This document shows positions 9,857-20,990 of a DNA stretch of 64,000 bases, in pieces. The stretch comes from Podarcis filfolensis (lineage: Eukaryota): assembly GCA_964270895.1 (NCBI GenBank), contig OZ185445.1; one strand, given 5' to 3'. Below the pieces are notes generated by a model. It did no database searches. It was not told the DNA's origin and saw nothing but the letters and a program-made list of their open reading frames with translations. Positions within the stretch are counted from its first letter, which is position 1. The number at the start of each line of letters is the position of its first letter. The position numbers and the translations under genes are program-made.

Positions 9857-11198
9857 ACCATATTGTCAGGAAAGCATTGTTCAATGTCTGGATAAGATAT
9901 AAAGAGTTATTGGAAAATAAAACCCCAAGGTGGTTGTCACCAATGGAAGCGAAGGCTCAGAAAAAGCTCAATATGGAGGCCAAATGGCCGAAATATTGGG
10001 AAATTTTGGAACAAGAAGGAGATAAACTGAAATTGCAGAGTTTTGAGAAATTAAAAGATAAAGTGTGAGACTGGCTTCATTATTATCAAATAAGAGAGGC
10101 CTATAATTTGGACAAAAAAATTGGCTTCCAGGTGGAAAAATGAAAATTGGAAACAGAATTGTTAGACCCCAAAACTAAGATACTTTCAAGAATGTATAAC
10201 TTGCTGTTGAAATGGAATATGCAGGATGAAACGGTTAAATCTGCTATGATTAAGCGGGCACAAGATATTGGTCATAACATTATGTTTGCTGACTGGGAAC
10301 AGTTGTGGACCACCGGTATGAAATTTACGGCATGTAATGCCTTAAGAGAGAATATTATGAAAATGATTTACAGGTGGTACATGACCCCAGTCAAGCTTGC
10401 AAAAATATATCATTTGCCCGATAATAAATGTTGGAAATGTAAAGAAAATGAAGGTACATTCTTTCACCTTTGGTGGACGTGCCCAAAGATTAAGGCTTTC
10501 TGGGAGATGATATATAATGAAATGAAAAAGGTATTTAAATATACCTTCCTGAAGAAACCAGAGGCCTTTCTCCTGGGTATAGTCGGCCAATTGGTGCCAA
10601 AGAAGGATAGAACTTTCTTTATGTATGCAACAACAGCAGCAAGAATACTTATTGCAAAGTATTGGAAGACACAAGAGCTACCCACCCTGGAAGAGTGGCA
10701 GATGAAGGTGATGGATTATATGGAATTGGTGGAAATGACTGGCAGAATCCGTGACCTGGGAGAAGAGTTGGTGGAAGAAGACTGGAAGAAATTTAAAGAC
10801 TATCTTCAGAAACACTGTAAAATTAATGAATGTTAAAATGATGTTGGATTGAAAATAAGTGGCATTAGCAACAAAGTTAATAAGAATATGCAAAAATGAA
10901 TTGATAAATGGATGAAAATATAGAGTTATAATATGTTAAGATAATAGAGTTAAGATAAATGAAAGAGGGTAAGGATTTGCTGATTTGATTATTTAAATGG
11001 GAATACAAAAAGGGGAGGTGTGAGGAGGCCAAGGAAATAAGATAACGAGTTAGGGTTACAAAAATGGATTTGTTTTTATTTTCCTTTTCTTATTTTATGT
11101 ATTTTTCTATGTTTCTTTTATTGTATTTCTTTCTTTTTATATGATCTTTTAAATTCATGTCTTTGTAAAACTCCAATAAATATCTTTTTTTTAAAAAA
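9857..11198 (+). mobile_element. L1-clade LINE, 5'-truncated (~1.3 kb), ORF2 C-terminus interrupted by stops
   Basis: ORFs 9877-10068 and 10147-10836 include the Cys-rich knuckle CWKCKENEGTFFHLWWTCPKI. AATAAA at 11175 and A-tail. 17-bp TSD AAATCTTCCAACATTCA at 9840-9856 and 11199-11215. Confidence 0.93.
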
Positions 11199-12275
11199 AA
11201 ATCTTCCAACATTCAGCTTCATTGGATGTCCATGAATTCTAGTGCTATGAGACAGGGAGAAAAGCTGTTCTCTATCCACTTTCTCCATGCCACATATAAT
11301 TTTATGAACGTCTATCATTTCACCTCTAACTCGCATTTTTTGGGGGGCGGGGACTAGATTATTCAGGGATTTCCTTATGAGCAGGGCTTCTAAACACAGG
11401 AACGTGGACCTAAAATTTAGACCACTGGGAAGATTTTGGGTGGCTAAACATCCCATGTATGAATCAGGTATCTGTGGTACACATTTTTAAGCAAACCAAG
11501 CACCTGTCCTCTTGCAGAGATTGCCAAAGCCACTTGGAAGTGCTCCATCATAGCAAGGGACCAAGGCCCAGGCAGGTGTACTGAGAAGACAGCATGTTCA
11601 TTCACAGGTGACCAAACAAGCACATCAAGCAAAAGTAAACCCACCTTCCAGATGGGCCTTCAAACAAATGTTCTATGAGTTTCCAGCATGTAATTGCACA
11701 GCCATCATGAGAGAAGTCACCCTTAAAGCCACTTGTGAAAATGCCCTCAAAAATATACCAACCCTGTGCTTATGGTTAACTGGAGTATGCAAGGGGCCGA
11801 AGTCACACTGGCGAAGTGATGATATTTGAGTGTTTCCAGAGGGTCCAGATGTAACACTGAAAACATACCAGTTGTTTAGACTGTAAATGTGAAGGGCAAA
11901 AAAAAGGGGGGAGGCTGCATAGAAAGGGGGAAAGTGAAGGGATTGTGTGAATAAGTTGGGTATGCTGTATTGCAACCCTGTACAAAGGAGGTAACCTATG
12001 CCCACTAATGTGGATAGAAATTAGCGGAAGTCCGATTTATATGCACTACATTCTTCTCAGAACATGTGATTTGTGTGTTTGTTTGCATGAGTGTGCATGC
12101 CATTCCTTTTCCTCCTGCAACTCCTTTTGCTAGTATACTTTTAGGACTGGGTGTCTAAGTAAGAGGCAGTCCAGAATTACATGTTCCACTCCAGACAAGG
12201 GCATGCTGCCTAACTCACATTGTACTCATCAGTAGTTGATTATATAATCCATACTTACTATTTGTCTGTCTATTC

Positions 12276-12276
<1 letters not shown>

Positions 12277-12314
<38 letters not shown>

Positions 12315-12336
12315 ATCTATCTATCTATCTATCTAT
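12277..12336. repeat. (TCTA)n microsatellite, one interruption
   Basis: Direct reading. Confidence 0.95.
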
Positions 12337-13538
12337 AGACAAGGCATCTGCTTTTGACCCAGGAGCTTCTTAAGTGTTGATCCTGTGCCCAGAAAATATT
12401 ACTCAGTCTGCACTGACCCTTGCTTAGATTTTCTTCACATGCTTCACGTGAGCTGCAAATTGCAGCAGAAGTCAGCTCTGGCAGTTAAAAAGAAACATGG
12501 GCTCCTTGCTGGAGCATCTTCTATTTGGAAAAAAGTCTCTGTGGTTTAAAGTTGTCACCTTGGACTGAAATATTAATCCATTTATTTTACAATGGATTTC
12601 TAGTTTCCAATATAAAGTTTGAAGGCTGCAAGTTCTAAGCCCACTAACTAGAAGAAAGTCTCGCTAAACTCAGCCATTCTTACAACTAATTTTACCTAGG
12701 TCTGGGCTGTTTTGGACTCTTACTTCCTGCACATATGGGTATTAAACAAATTTCAATAATCAGTGTGCATTTGATTTGGCTTCATTTTCCTTCATTTATT
12801 TCCTGCCAGATCTATTACTTGGTCTTTGGAATTGTGTTATCAAGATGTCAGGAATCTGAGATTCCTTTATGCTCCCATTTCTGGTTTTCCTTTTCCTCCC
12901 CCCTCCCTTTTTTCTTTGGTTAATTTGATACTTTGCTTATTAAATGTCATATTATTGCTTTGGGCAACTGCCAGAACATGTGGATTGCAACTAGGAGAAA
13001 CTGATCTAGTAGAGAAAATGCAAATAAATTAAATATATATATATTTCCAGAATACTTAGCTGATTTCCGATTAGGAAAAAAAATGTCTTTTTTTCGTGGT
13101 TTTATGTACATGCTGTTGTAAACTGATTTTTTAAAAAAAGAATAATGATATATATGTATTTTTCTAAATAAAAAAGGGAAGTAATTTGCCTAAAAAATGA
13201 GGTTATCCTGTAAACTGCTGTAGAGGATATATTTTTCACACATCACAGTTCTATTTTTACTATATTGATAAGAACTTAAAGAAAAAAGAGAAGCAAAAAC
13301 AAAACAAAATAAATATCAAATTTATAAATATCCCAACAAACATTACAGTTATGAATATCCTTATCCAACTACCCTGTAGTGCAAAAGAGTTCTTAATGCA
13401 ATTTTTTTTCATTTCTTTTCTTTCTTTCTTTTTTGCATAGCTTGGCCTCAATCATTTTCAAAATTGTCATTTTCCTATTCCTGAACAACTTGTTAACCTG
13501 TTTGCTATAAGTTTCTTTCAAATTTTATTCCACCTACA

Positions 13539-13591
13539 TAGCTCAGTGGGTAGAGCATGAGGCTCTTAAACTCAGGGTCACGGGTTCATAC
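13539..13591 (+). mobile_element. tRNA-Lys-derived fragment (SINE head or tRNA pseudogene)
   Basis: TAGCTCAGTGGGTAGAGCATGAGGCTCTTAAACTCAGGGTCACGGGTTCA resembles tRNA-Lys(CTT) but lacks the acceptor stem. Confidence 0.65.
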
Positions 13592-15861
13592 GAAATATGC
13601 AGTAAAACTGCAGCCACCTCACCTCAAGTATGGCTCAGTGAAGGTCCATTGCCAAGGGAAATCCTATTAATCCAATCGTGTTTTGGCTGGTCTGACCAAA
13701 AGCTACTTTCTCTCTCAGGATCTGATCATTCCCAGAAACATGATTTCTGCTTCCCTCACTCCCAGGTCCCTACAGTAAACAAGTCCTCCTTCCCCAAAGT
13801 TAGAGGACCACTCGTTAATCTTTTAAAAGAAACATGCAATGGAAAGGTGACTTTAACAGTAATATAATACTTGGGAATAGTCTCTGAAAACCACTGTCTG
13901 ATGATGCCTGCTTCTGTTCTACCTGGACACCCTTTCAAGGCTGCTGATCTTGTGTGGCAGAGGGAAATTGTGTGATCTTAGTCTGGCCTCTTGGAATTTT
14001 GTTCAGCAGTTTAGATTGGAGCTGCAGAGATGTTGTGAGGTTTCTTTGTTTGTTTGTTTTTGAAATGCCAGATCTACAGTATGCAAAATGTTTTCTACCT
14101 CTTTTACTTCTTTAGGCCCTATTGCAACCAACTGCATACCTGAATGTTTGTTAGCTTGTCAATCTCTCTCTCTTTCTCCTTCTCTCCCTCCAGTTATCCT
14201 GCAAGTGAATTCTTTGCATTTCTATATGACATCTTTTGAAACTTACCACATGCTTTTTCAAGACATGTCTGCACTGGTTGGATTAAAAAAAAAATCTATG
14301 TGGGTCCTGCCACAGAAAAATAAATATTGTTGCAATGATGCTTCAAAGTGACAGGGGATGGGAAGGTAAGCCGTAGGAAAAAGTGTGTGTGGAATGAAGT
14401 TATGGGAAGATGGGAAGAAACTATATAGCAAGAAACAGAATGTGGTGACCAGGAACCAGTTCAAATATATGAGCATGGTCAAATATACATCAATATGTGC
14501 AAACAGAGTCTGGGGTAGCACATGCATAATTTTATTTTGCCAAATTTTGGTGGGAACCATACCTCGTTTAATCTTTTTGAACATAGTAAGTGGCAACAGT
14601 TTTACTCATATATGTTTGTATCTGTTTAATAGTGCTATACCATGTATGTTTCGTGATAAGCTAACTGGGACCTACTCATAGGTATGTGTGTACATGATTG
14701 CAGTCTTGGGGTTTGTTTTGTTTTTTACCTATTTTTGCTAAATTTTTTATCATGTGTTGTTTTATTACATTTCTGTTAGCTACCCTGGGGACATGATTAT
14801 GTTAGAAGATATATACTATATATATATGCAAGAATTAGCAGCATTTTTAATATTATTTTGCATGTAGCAATAGACCTGCTTGTTCTTAGAAGTAGAATAA
14901 TTTATTTGTAAAGGCAGAGAGGAATCTGGCCCCAGGCTTTCAACTTAACTTTTATTTGCCTCATCATTTCCTTTCTTATGCATGACCAGGGTCTTTCCCT
15001 CAGTCTTTGCTATCTTAACAACCCCCCAGCTCTTCAGCCTCAGACACTCAGTGCTTTTCTTCCCAGAAATTAGCCAATCCCCAGCACCAAACGTTTACCA
15101 GTCAGCCCATGATTACAGCAGTGAATGGAATTCTTTATGTGAGAGCAACATCTCAGCTGAATTGTACCCCAGAGCCCAAACATGTCATTCGGAGTCTGTC
15201 TCTTAAAATCAGTGAAGTCACTGCTGCCCAAGAGACTTTCCAGGATCAGGTACACTGATCTGAACAAAACTGAACTCCAGTCCCTTGAGGAGGAACTTCT
15301 GAAGGTCACTCACCAGAGTAGGAATTCTGAAAGAGTGACCAGACGTACTGGATGTGATTGCTTGTCCATCTGATAATATGGACAGTGTGCTTCACAGGAC
15401 AGCACAGAGCCTTCAGATCTCCTGACTTGATGTTTGACCTTAAGTAGACCAGTCAAAAGTGAAGCTTTCCCCTTTAAAAGAGACATTCTGGATTTTTTCC
15501 AGGTAGTTACCAGATTGACTTGCCTCCATTTAAAAAGTAAAACTCAAGTGCCAAGTCCAACCAATTCACTTGAGCCTTTGACAAAGCTTGACAGCTAAGT
15601 TAAGTTCTGTGTGATTCAGAAGTCAATACGAATAAACTGAAGGCAGAATTGTTCACCCTCTGATTATGACAATAAAAGAATCAAGAGAGGATCCTGCAGA
15701 TCACAGTCAATGCACCCACGAGTCAGACAGGCAGGCATTGATCCTAGGTGCAAATCACAGCACAATCAGCTAATTTTCTGGGCCCTGTTTGTAGAATGGA
15801 TGCTTTAGCTTTGAACAACAGGATTTTCCATTGGCTCTAATATTGGGCTTAAAGTGCTCTA

Positions 15862-15998
15862 GCCTGCAGGATAGCTCAGTTGGTAGACCATAAGGCTTTT
15901 AATCTCAGGGTTGTGGGTTTGAGCCCCTCATTGGGCAAAAATATTCCTACATTGCAGGGGGCTGAACCCTCATGGTCCCTTCCAGTTCTATGGTTCTA
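15862..15998 (+). mobile_element. tRNA-Lys-headed SINE with CR1-like tail
   Basis: Degenerate tRNA-Lys head followed by ATATTCCTACATTGCAGGGGG...GGTCCCTTCCAGTTCTATGGTTCTA. Confidence 0.75.
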
Positions 15999-16286
15999 CT
16001 GGGCCCTAGAATCTGAGAAACTGAAGCACTTCCAAATGCCTAGAATTACAAAATAACTATTTTAAGTGATGGCAAATGATAACCGTGAATAATAGTACTA
16101 AAGAAACCTCTGAGAATGCAAATGAAGAGGCTGGTAAATCCACTGATATATTCCTGATCATAGTTTAATTGACCAACTTTTCGTAGCTTGCTCATTTTTA
16201 TTTGTTACCCTACACTATGCTTTTAATGAGTTTCTATAGGTGGCCTCTTACTTTTACAAAGATTCTCTATTGTTGCTGCTTTAAAG

Positions 16287-16405
16287 CAGCCTTCCCCAGC
16301 CTGCTCTTGTTGGACCCCAGTTCCTCCAGCCAGCATAGTCTATGGTTAGAGATTATGGGAATGGTCATCTAAAATATCTGGAGGGTGTCGGGTTGAAGAA
16401 GGCTG
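16287..16405. mobile_element. Short hAT-type MITE (degraded)
   Basis: Terminal inverted repeats CAGCCTTCCCCA...TGAAGAAGGCTG. Confidence 0.6.
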
Positions 16406-16885
16406 CTGAAAATATTGCATCATATCATTTTATTTTATTTTTAGTAGCTAATGTTTCTATAGGGAGCATGTCACCTCCTGTATTGACTAGAAAGGTGATT
16501 AATATGTTATTGCTAAATAATAATAAGAAATAATGATTAGATTATATGAACTTCCATCAACTGTCACTGCTGTATAGAAGAATGCACTGAAGTTCCTCAC
16601 TGGATCAATATGACTTCTATATTAACAATCCAGTCATTTAATTAAATTTATTTCTGGAGACATTTATATGTTCTGATTGTGTTGCATAGTGGCTTTTCGC
16701 AATATCCCCAGTACCACATTTGATGGTTAGGAAATGGATTGCATTAATATTTTTATTCCATACGCCACGTAATGGAATGATGTCTATGAACATGATGCAA
16801 AATCCATTATTATATATTTAGGCCATTTATTGAGTTTACTCACATTCTGAAAGATTGATAACGATACCAATTAATAAGTGTCAAT

Positions 16886-16886
<1 letters not shown>

Positions 16887-16918
<32 letters not shown>
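16887..16918. repeat. (GT)16 microsatellite
   Basis: Direct reading. Confidence 0.95.
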
Positions 16919-16919
<1 letters not shown>

Positions 16920-19376
16920 CAAAGTCAAAATTCCAGATCGTGTATGTATGCTACAAAACCAATTTCTGCAAACCAACTGGAGAAATTATTTCACTACCAA
17001 GAGAGAACAACCTAATTTACTTTCCAGCTCCACAGCCATCGTCTTCTAGCCAACCTTGCCTAGTACTCATCTGCTTAATGATGAGTCTGGTATTGATTTT
17101 GAGAATAATGATCAAGGGTAAGGTTGTGGATTAATGATGGACTGGGAGGAGTTGATAGCTATAAGCAGAGCCAAAGGCAGTTAACCTCTTCTAGCCATTA
17201 GTCCCAAGGTGCTGCTGAGTACTGACTTACTTCTTGTCATTATAAGGAATGTAATGAAGACTAAAAGCAAACTACAGCATAATGGTTTGTGATGGGGGCC
17301 TGGAAGAACAGAGACAATAGTCAGTCAGATGAAACATTTGACAATTTTTGGCCAAACTCAGTAGTCCTGTTGTATTGTACATGGGCTTTTAAAATGTTTT
17401 GATAGAATTATTTTATTGTGTATTTTAATTATGTATGGATTTTATAACTGATTTTCTACTTCTAAACTGCTTAGAAGCAATTTTGGCATGTGAGCAGTAT
17501 ATAGATACAAAAAAAATTGATCAATTAATCTTAATTGCATTCATGGAATTATCAAAGTGCTCCAGGAAGAAATATCTGTTTAACTGTCCTCTAGATCCTT
17601 CTAATCACAAAGTTCTAGATTTTGGATCATGTATTGGGATCTCTTATGCCAAATGTTTTGCTTGCCAAAGGCAGTGGTTCTTTTGGATTTGAGAGCAACA
17701 AGCAGTTGCTTGTTGGGTGAAGGCTGTGTGTTTTAGGCAAGCATTAGACATTAACATGCACAATATACCCTACTTAGACTAGACAAGGCAAACTACCAAG
17801 TTCTTAAACCCAGCTAGAATAAAACACATTCCAGACTGGTTCATTATAATGTTCCCTCTGCTGCCAAAGAACGCTTAGACACAATGAATGATCCCCCTTG
17901 GAACTGGCTGATGCATAGCACCCTCTCAAGATCTCCTGGTCTATTCTGAGTTCTGCCTGACAGCACTGATAGCGCTTCCAGCTCTCATATTTACATATCC
18001 TGCTGAGTAAGGTAACTCATGTCCACGTGGGTCACAGGTCAGTGGTCCCTAGGACCCTTCCATAAACAAGTCCCTAATTAGCGATGTATGTATTTAAAGT
18101 TTTCTGTTTTACCCATCAAGCTGAAAATGTGGCAACTGCTGCTGCTTCCTTCTTTTTCTTTCCCTTTTCTTCCATGTTGTTTTCAAATGACTGGCAGGGG
18201 AAGACTATGGACAGAAATGCATGTTGTGCTGTATATTAATGTTGGCGCTTCTCTTGACCAAAGCGTGTGCATTTTGTAATACAAGAGAACCAAAGAGTTT
18301 AATTGTTCTACAGCAGGTAAGGGAACCCATTCATACTTAGCTCTTTAATCATCATGCTATTCAATTAAGTGTTTCCTAGCAGATTGAACACTGTGAGAAA
18401 CTTATAGATTTTCCTTGTCTGTTTTGCTTTTAGAGTCAATCAAAGTGATGTGTCAAATTACCCTTTGTCCTGTATGAAATAGTAGCTAGAGTAGTTTTAA
18501 TTGGTTCAAAACCTAATCTGAGGTGCCTTTTTCTATATCCGATGCCTGTTTAAAAGTGTGCATTTCTCCCCTTTAGGAAGACAGTAAAGGGATGAAGATT
18601 ACATATTTGGAATCCAGTGGCCATGTTCTGCAAGGCAGAACCACTTGCCTGCTCCTGCCAAGAAGAAAAACACCAACCTCCAAAAGAATTTGTAATGTCA
18701 AGACTTTATTTACATTCATAGTCTGGTTCTACATAATAGGTTTCTTGCAGCCAAAGTATCCACCTTCCAAAATGCTGGAAGTAATTTAGGCTTTCTGCAA
18801 ACCCAGGTTCCTAGATGTCAACAAATGTATTTTCATACAATAAACACTTATTTTTGCCCACTTAGATTCACAAGCAGTTCAAGATGCAGGTCAAAATAAT
18901 TTCTGTTCTGGGAAGTGATGTCACAGTGTTGGGGAAGGTAAGATGACTGCTTATCATTTAGATTTCTGATTGCATCCATATACAGACAGTACTAGTATTC
19001 AATAATCCTAGGCATTTGGCATTCCTCCAACAGTGTATTTATATATTGCATTGACCTGCTTTTGTTCCAGCTCATTAAATATAGCTGATGTCAATGATCG
19101 GGGGGGAATGGACTGTCTGCAGTGGTCTAAAGGATTAGAGTAGCTGCAGCTACTCGCCACCATTTCTAGACCAGTGGTATTCATTGCACAGTCTATATAC
19201 CTTGCAATCCAAACTGCTTGTCTGAACACTCTCTGAGACCAATCACTCACTAAGGCTGAGCCAGCCCAAGAAAAGCGTATACACTCATATACTTTCCCAC
19301 TTGTGTGACCCTTAATATCAGTTCAATGCAAGGTGTTGCTGCTGCTGAATTAAAGGACAGGTAGTGGCTGACTTGT

Positions 19377-19720
19377 GATGCGGGTGGCGCTGTGGGTTAA
19401 ACAGGACTTGCCTATCAGAAGGTCGGCGGTTCGAATCCCAGCGACGGGGTGAGCTCCCGTTGCTCGGTCCCTGCTCCTGCCAACCTAGCAGTTCCAAAGC
19501 ACGTCAAAGTGCAATAGATAAATAGGTACCGCTCCGGCAGGAAGGTAAACGGCATTTCTGTGCGCTGCTCTGGTTCACCAGAAGCAGCCTAATCATGCTG
19601 GCCACATGGCCCGGAAACTGTACGCCGGCTCCCTCGGCCAATAAAGCAAGATAAGCGCCGCAACCCCAGAGTCGGTCACGACTAGACCTAATGGTCAGGG
19701 GTCCCTTTACCTTTACCTTT
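19377..19720 (+). mobile_element. Sauria SINE
   Basis: Full body with (ACCTTT)n tail; 15-bp TSD TAGTGGCTGACTTGT at 19362-19376 and 19721-19735. Confidence 0.93.
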
Positions 19721-19850
19721 TAGTGGCTGACTTGTACCAAGTCATCATCCCATGTATATAGGTGATTTGCAAAAGAAATATAGAATAAAAATGGGTTGAT
19801 GCAAACCAAAAGAAAGGGACATCATTCTCCCTTCTTCTCTTGCAGAATTG

Positions 19851-19969
19851 GGGCTTTTTTTTCAGCCAGAACTCACCAGAACTAAGGTGGATGCCATTGC
19901 GGTTCTAAGAGAATGAAAGAGGTGTTCATGGTGAGTTCCGGCACCTTTTTTTCTAGAAAAATAGCACTG
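19851..19969. mobile_element. Short non-autonomous DNA-transposon-like element
   Basis: Imperfect inverted ends GGGCTTTTTTTTC...GAAAAATAGCAC with internal GAACTCACC/GGTGAGTTCC inverted motifs. Confidence 0.5.
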
Positions 19970-20519
19970 TGCAGAATACCAGGGTGCAGATGGGAGTCCA
20001 AGAGAAGAGGAAGCAGGATGATCTCAGGGAAAACCATTCCTCCTTTCTGACCTTGTGAACTTCTCTCAGCTTTTTCATGCCATATCAAACCAACAGCAGC
20101 ACACACAGCCTCCAGCCAACAGCATTTAACTGCCAAGGTCATGGCAGGATAATTGACAGTGCTGGCAGGCAGAGGAAGCAGGCTTTTTTGGAGTTAACGG
20201 AAGCAGAGTTAAAGAAATACTGAGTAATCTTAGGAGCAGAAGTGTAAAAAGGTTCAACTTTTTAATGCTAGAACACTTGCCGTCGCTGCTATGCCAAAGC
20301 ACCACTTCACACCATTGTAATTAAATATATCTATTCAGGATCAGTATAGCTAAAATGACGATTGAAAGAATTATGACCAGATTCTCAAGGGGTAAAGGGT
20401 CACATTACTGATGTATCATAGCACAACTGGTTCTAGACCCAACAATGTAGAGAATCAAACTTCCTGCTCATTTTCTACCATCATCGCAGTGGCAGACAGG
20501 GACATTTTCACACATTGCG

Positions 20520-20990
20520 TGTCAAGACCGCGCAGCCACCCCCTCGTTGGGAAATAACACACACAAGGACACGGATATTAGGTTTATGTTATTGGGCAAA
20601 TTTGGCCACAACTTTATTGAATTACAGAATGTGAGCAGTATTGGCTTAGGCATTGATTGGACCTGACTATATCTGACTCCTGCCCGATGCGCAGGAAGTC
20701 CGGTAAGGGTAAAGCACCGGATGGAGGAGCCCTGTCAATGCATACCAACTCGAGCTCCCCCTGGTGTTCCCGTCGGGGTCGTGTCATGGCCCTAGCTCAC
20801 CGCAACTCCTCCCCACTTGGAAGTGAAGCGGATTTATCATCCTTTGCCAGTTCCCCATACCTTAGAGCAAGGCATGCTAAAGCAAAGACAAATTGGGACT
20901 CATGTCTCACCCTACCTAGGAGAGATGCAGCAAAGGCCCAGGAGAAACAAAGCAGAGTATATCCCCTCAGTTAACTCCCTCCCTTCATGG
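20520..20990 (-). mobile_element. LTR- or DIRS-like repeat (right boundary uncertain)
   Basis: Begins TGTCA, has a minus-strand AATAAA (CTTTATTG, ~20612) and is CpG-richer than its flanks. No TSD identified. Confidence 0.45.

Larger units (their letters stand above)
9136..11340 (-). mobile_element. CR1 LINE 3' fragment in three pieces (9136-9467, 9820-9856, 11199-11340), split by a Sauria SINE and an L1
   Basis: CATAAGAAC...GCCTGCTGGACCAGGCC tail. The CR1 sequence reads continuously once both inserts and one copy of each TSD are removed. Confidence 0.82.

Noticed and set aside
10147-10836. 229-aa ORF as a host gene
   Set aside because: It is the C-terminus of L1 ORF2 inside a 5'-truncated, TSD-flanked copy with upstream stops.
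13539-13591. Functional tRNA-Lys genes (also 15862 and 41126)
   Set aside because: Acceptor stems are missing or broken, the anticodon arms are mutated, and two copies run straight into a CR1-type SINE tail.
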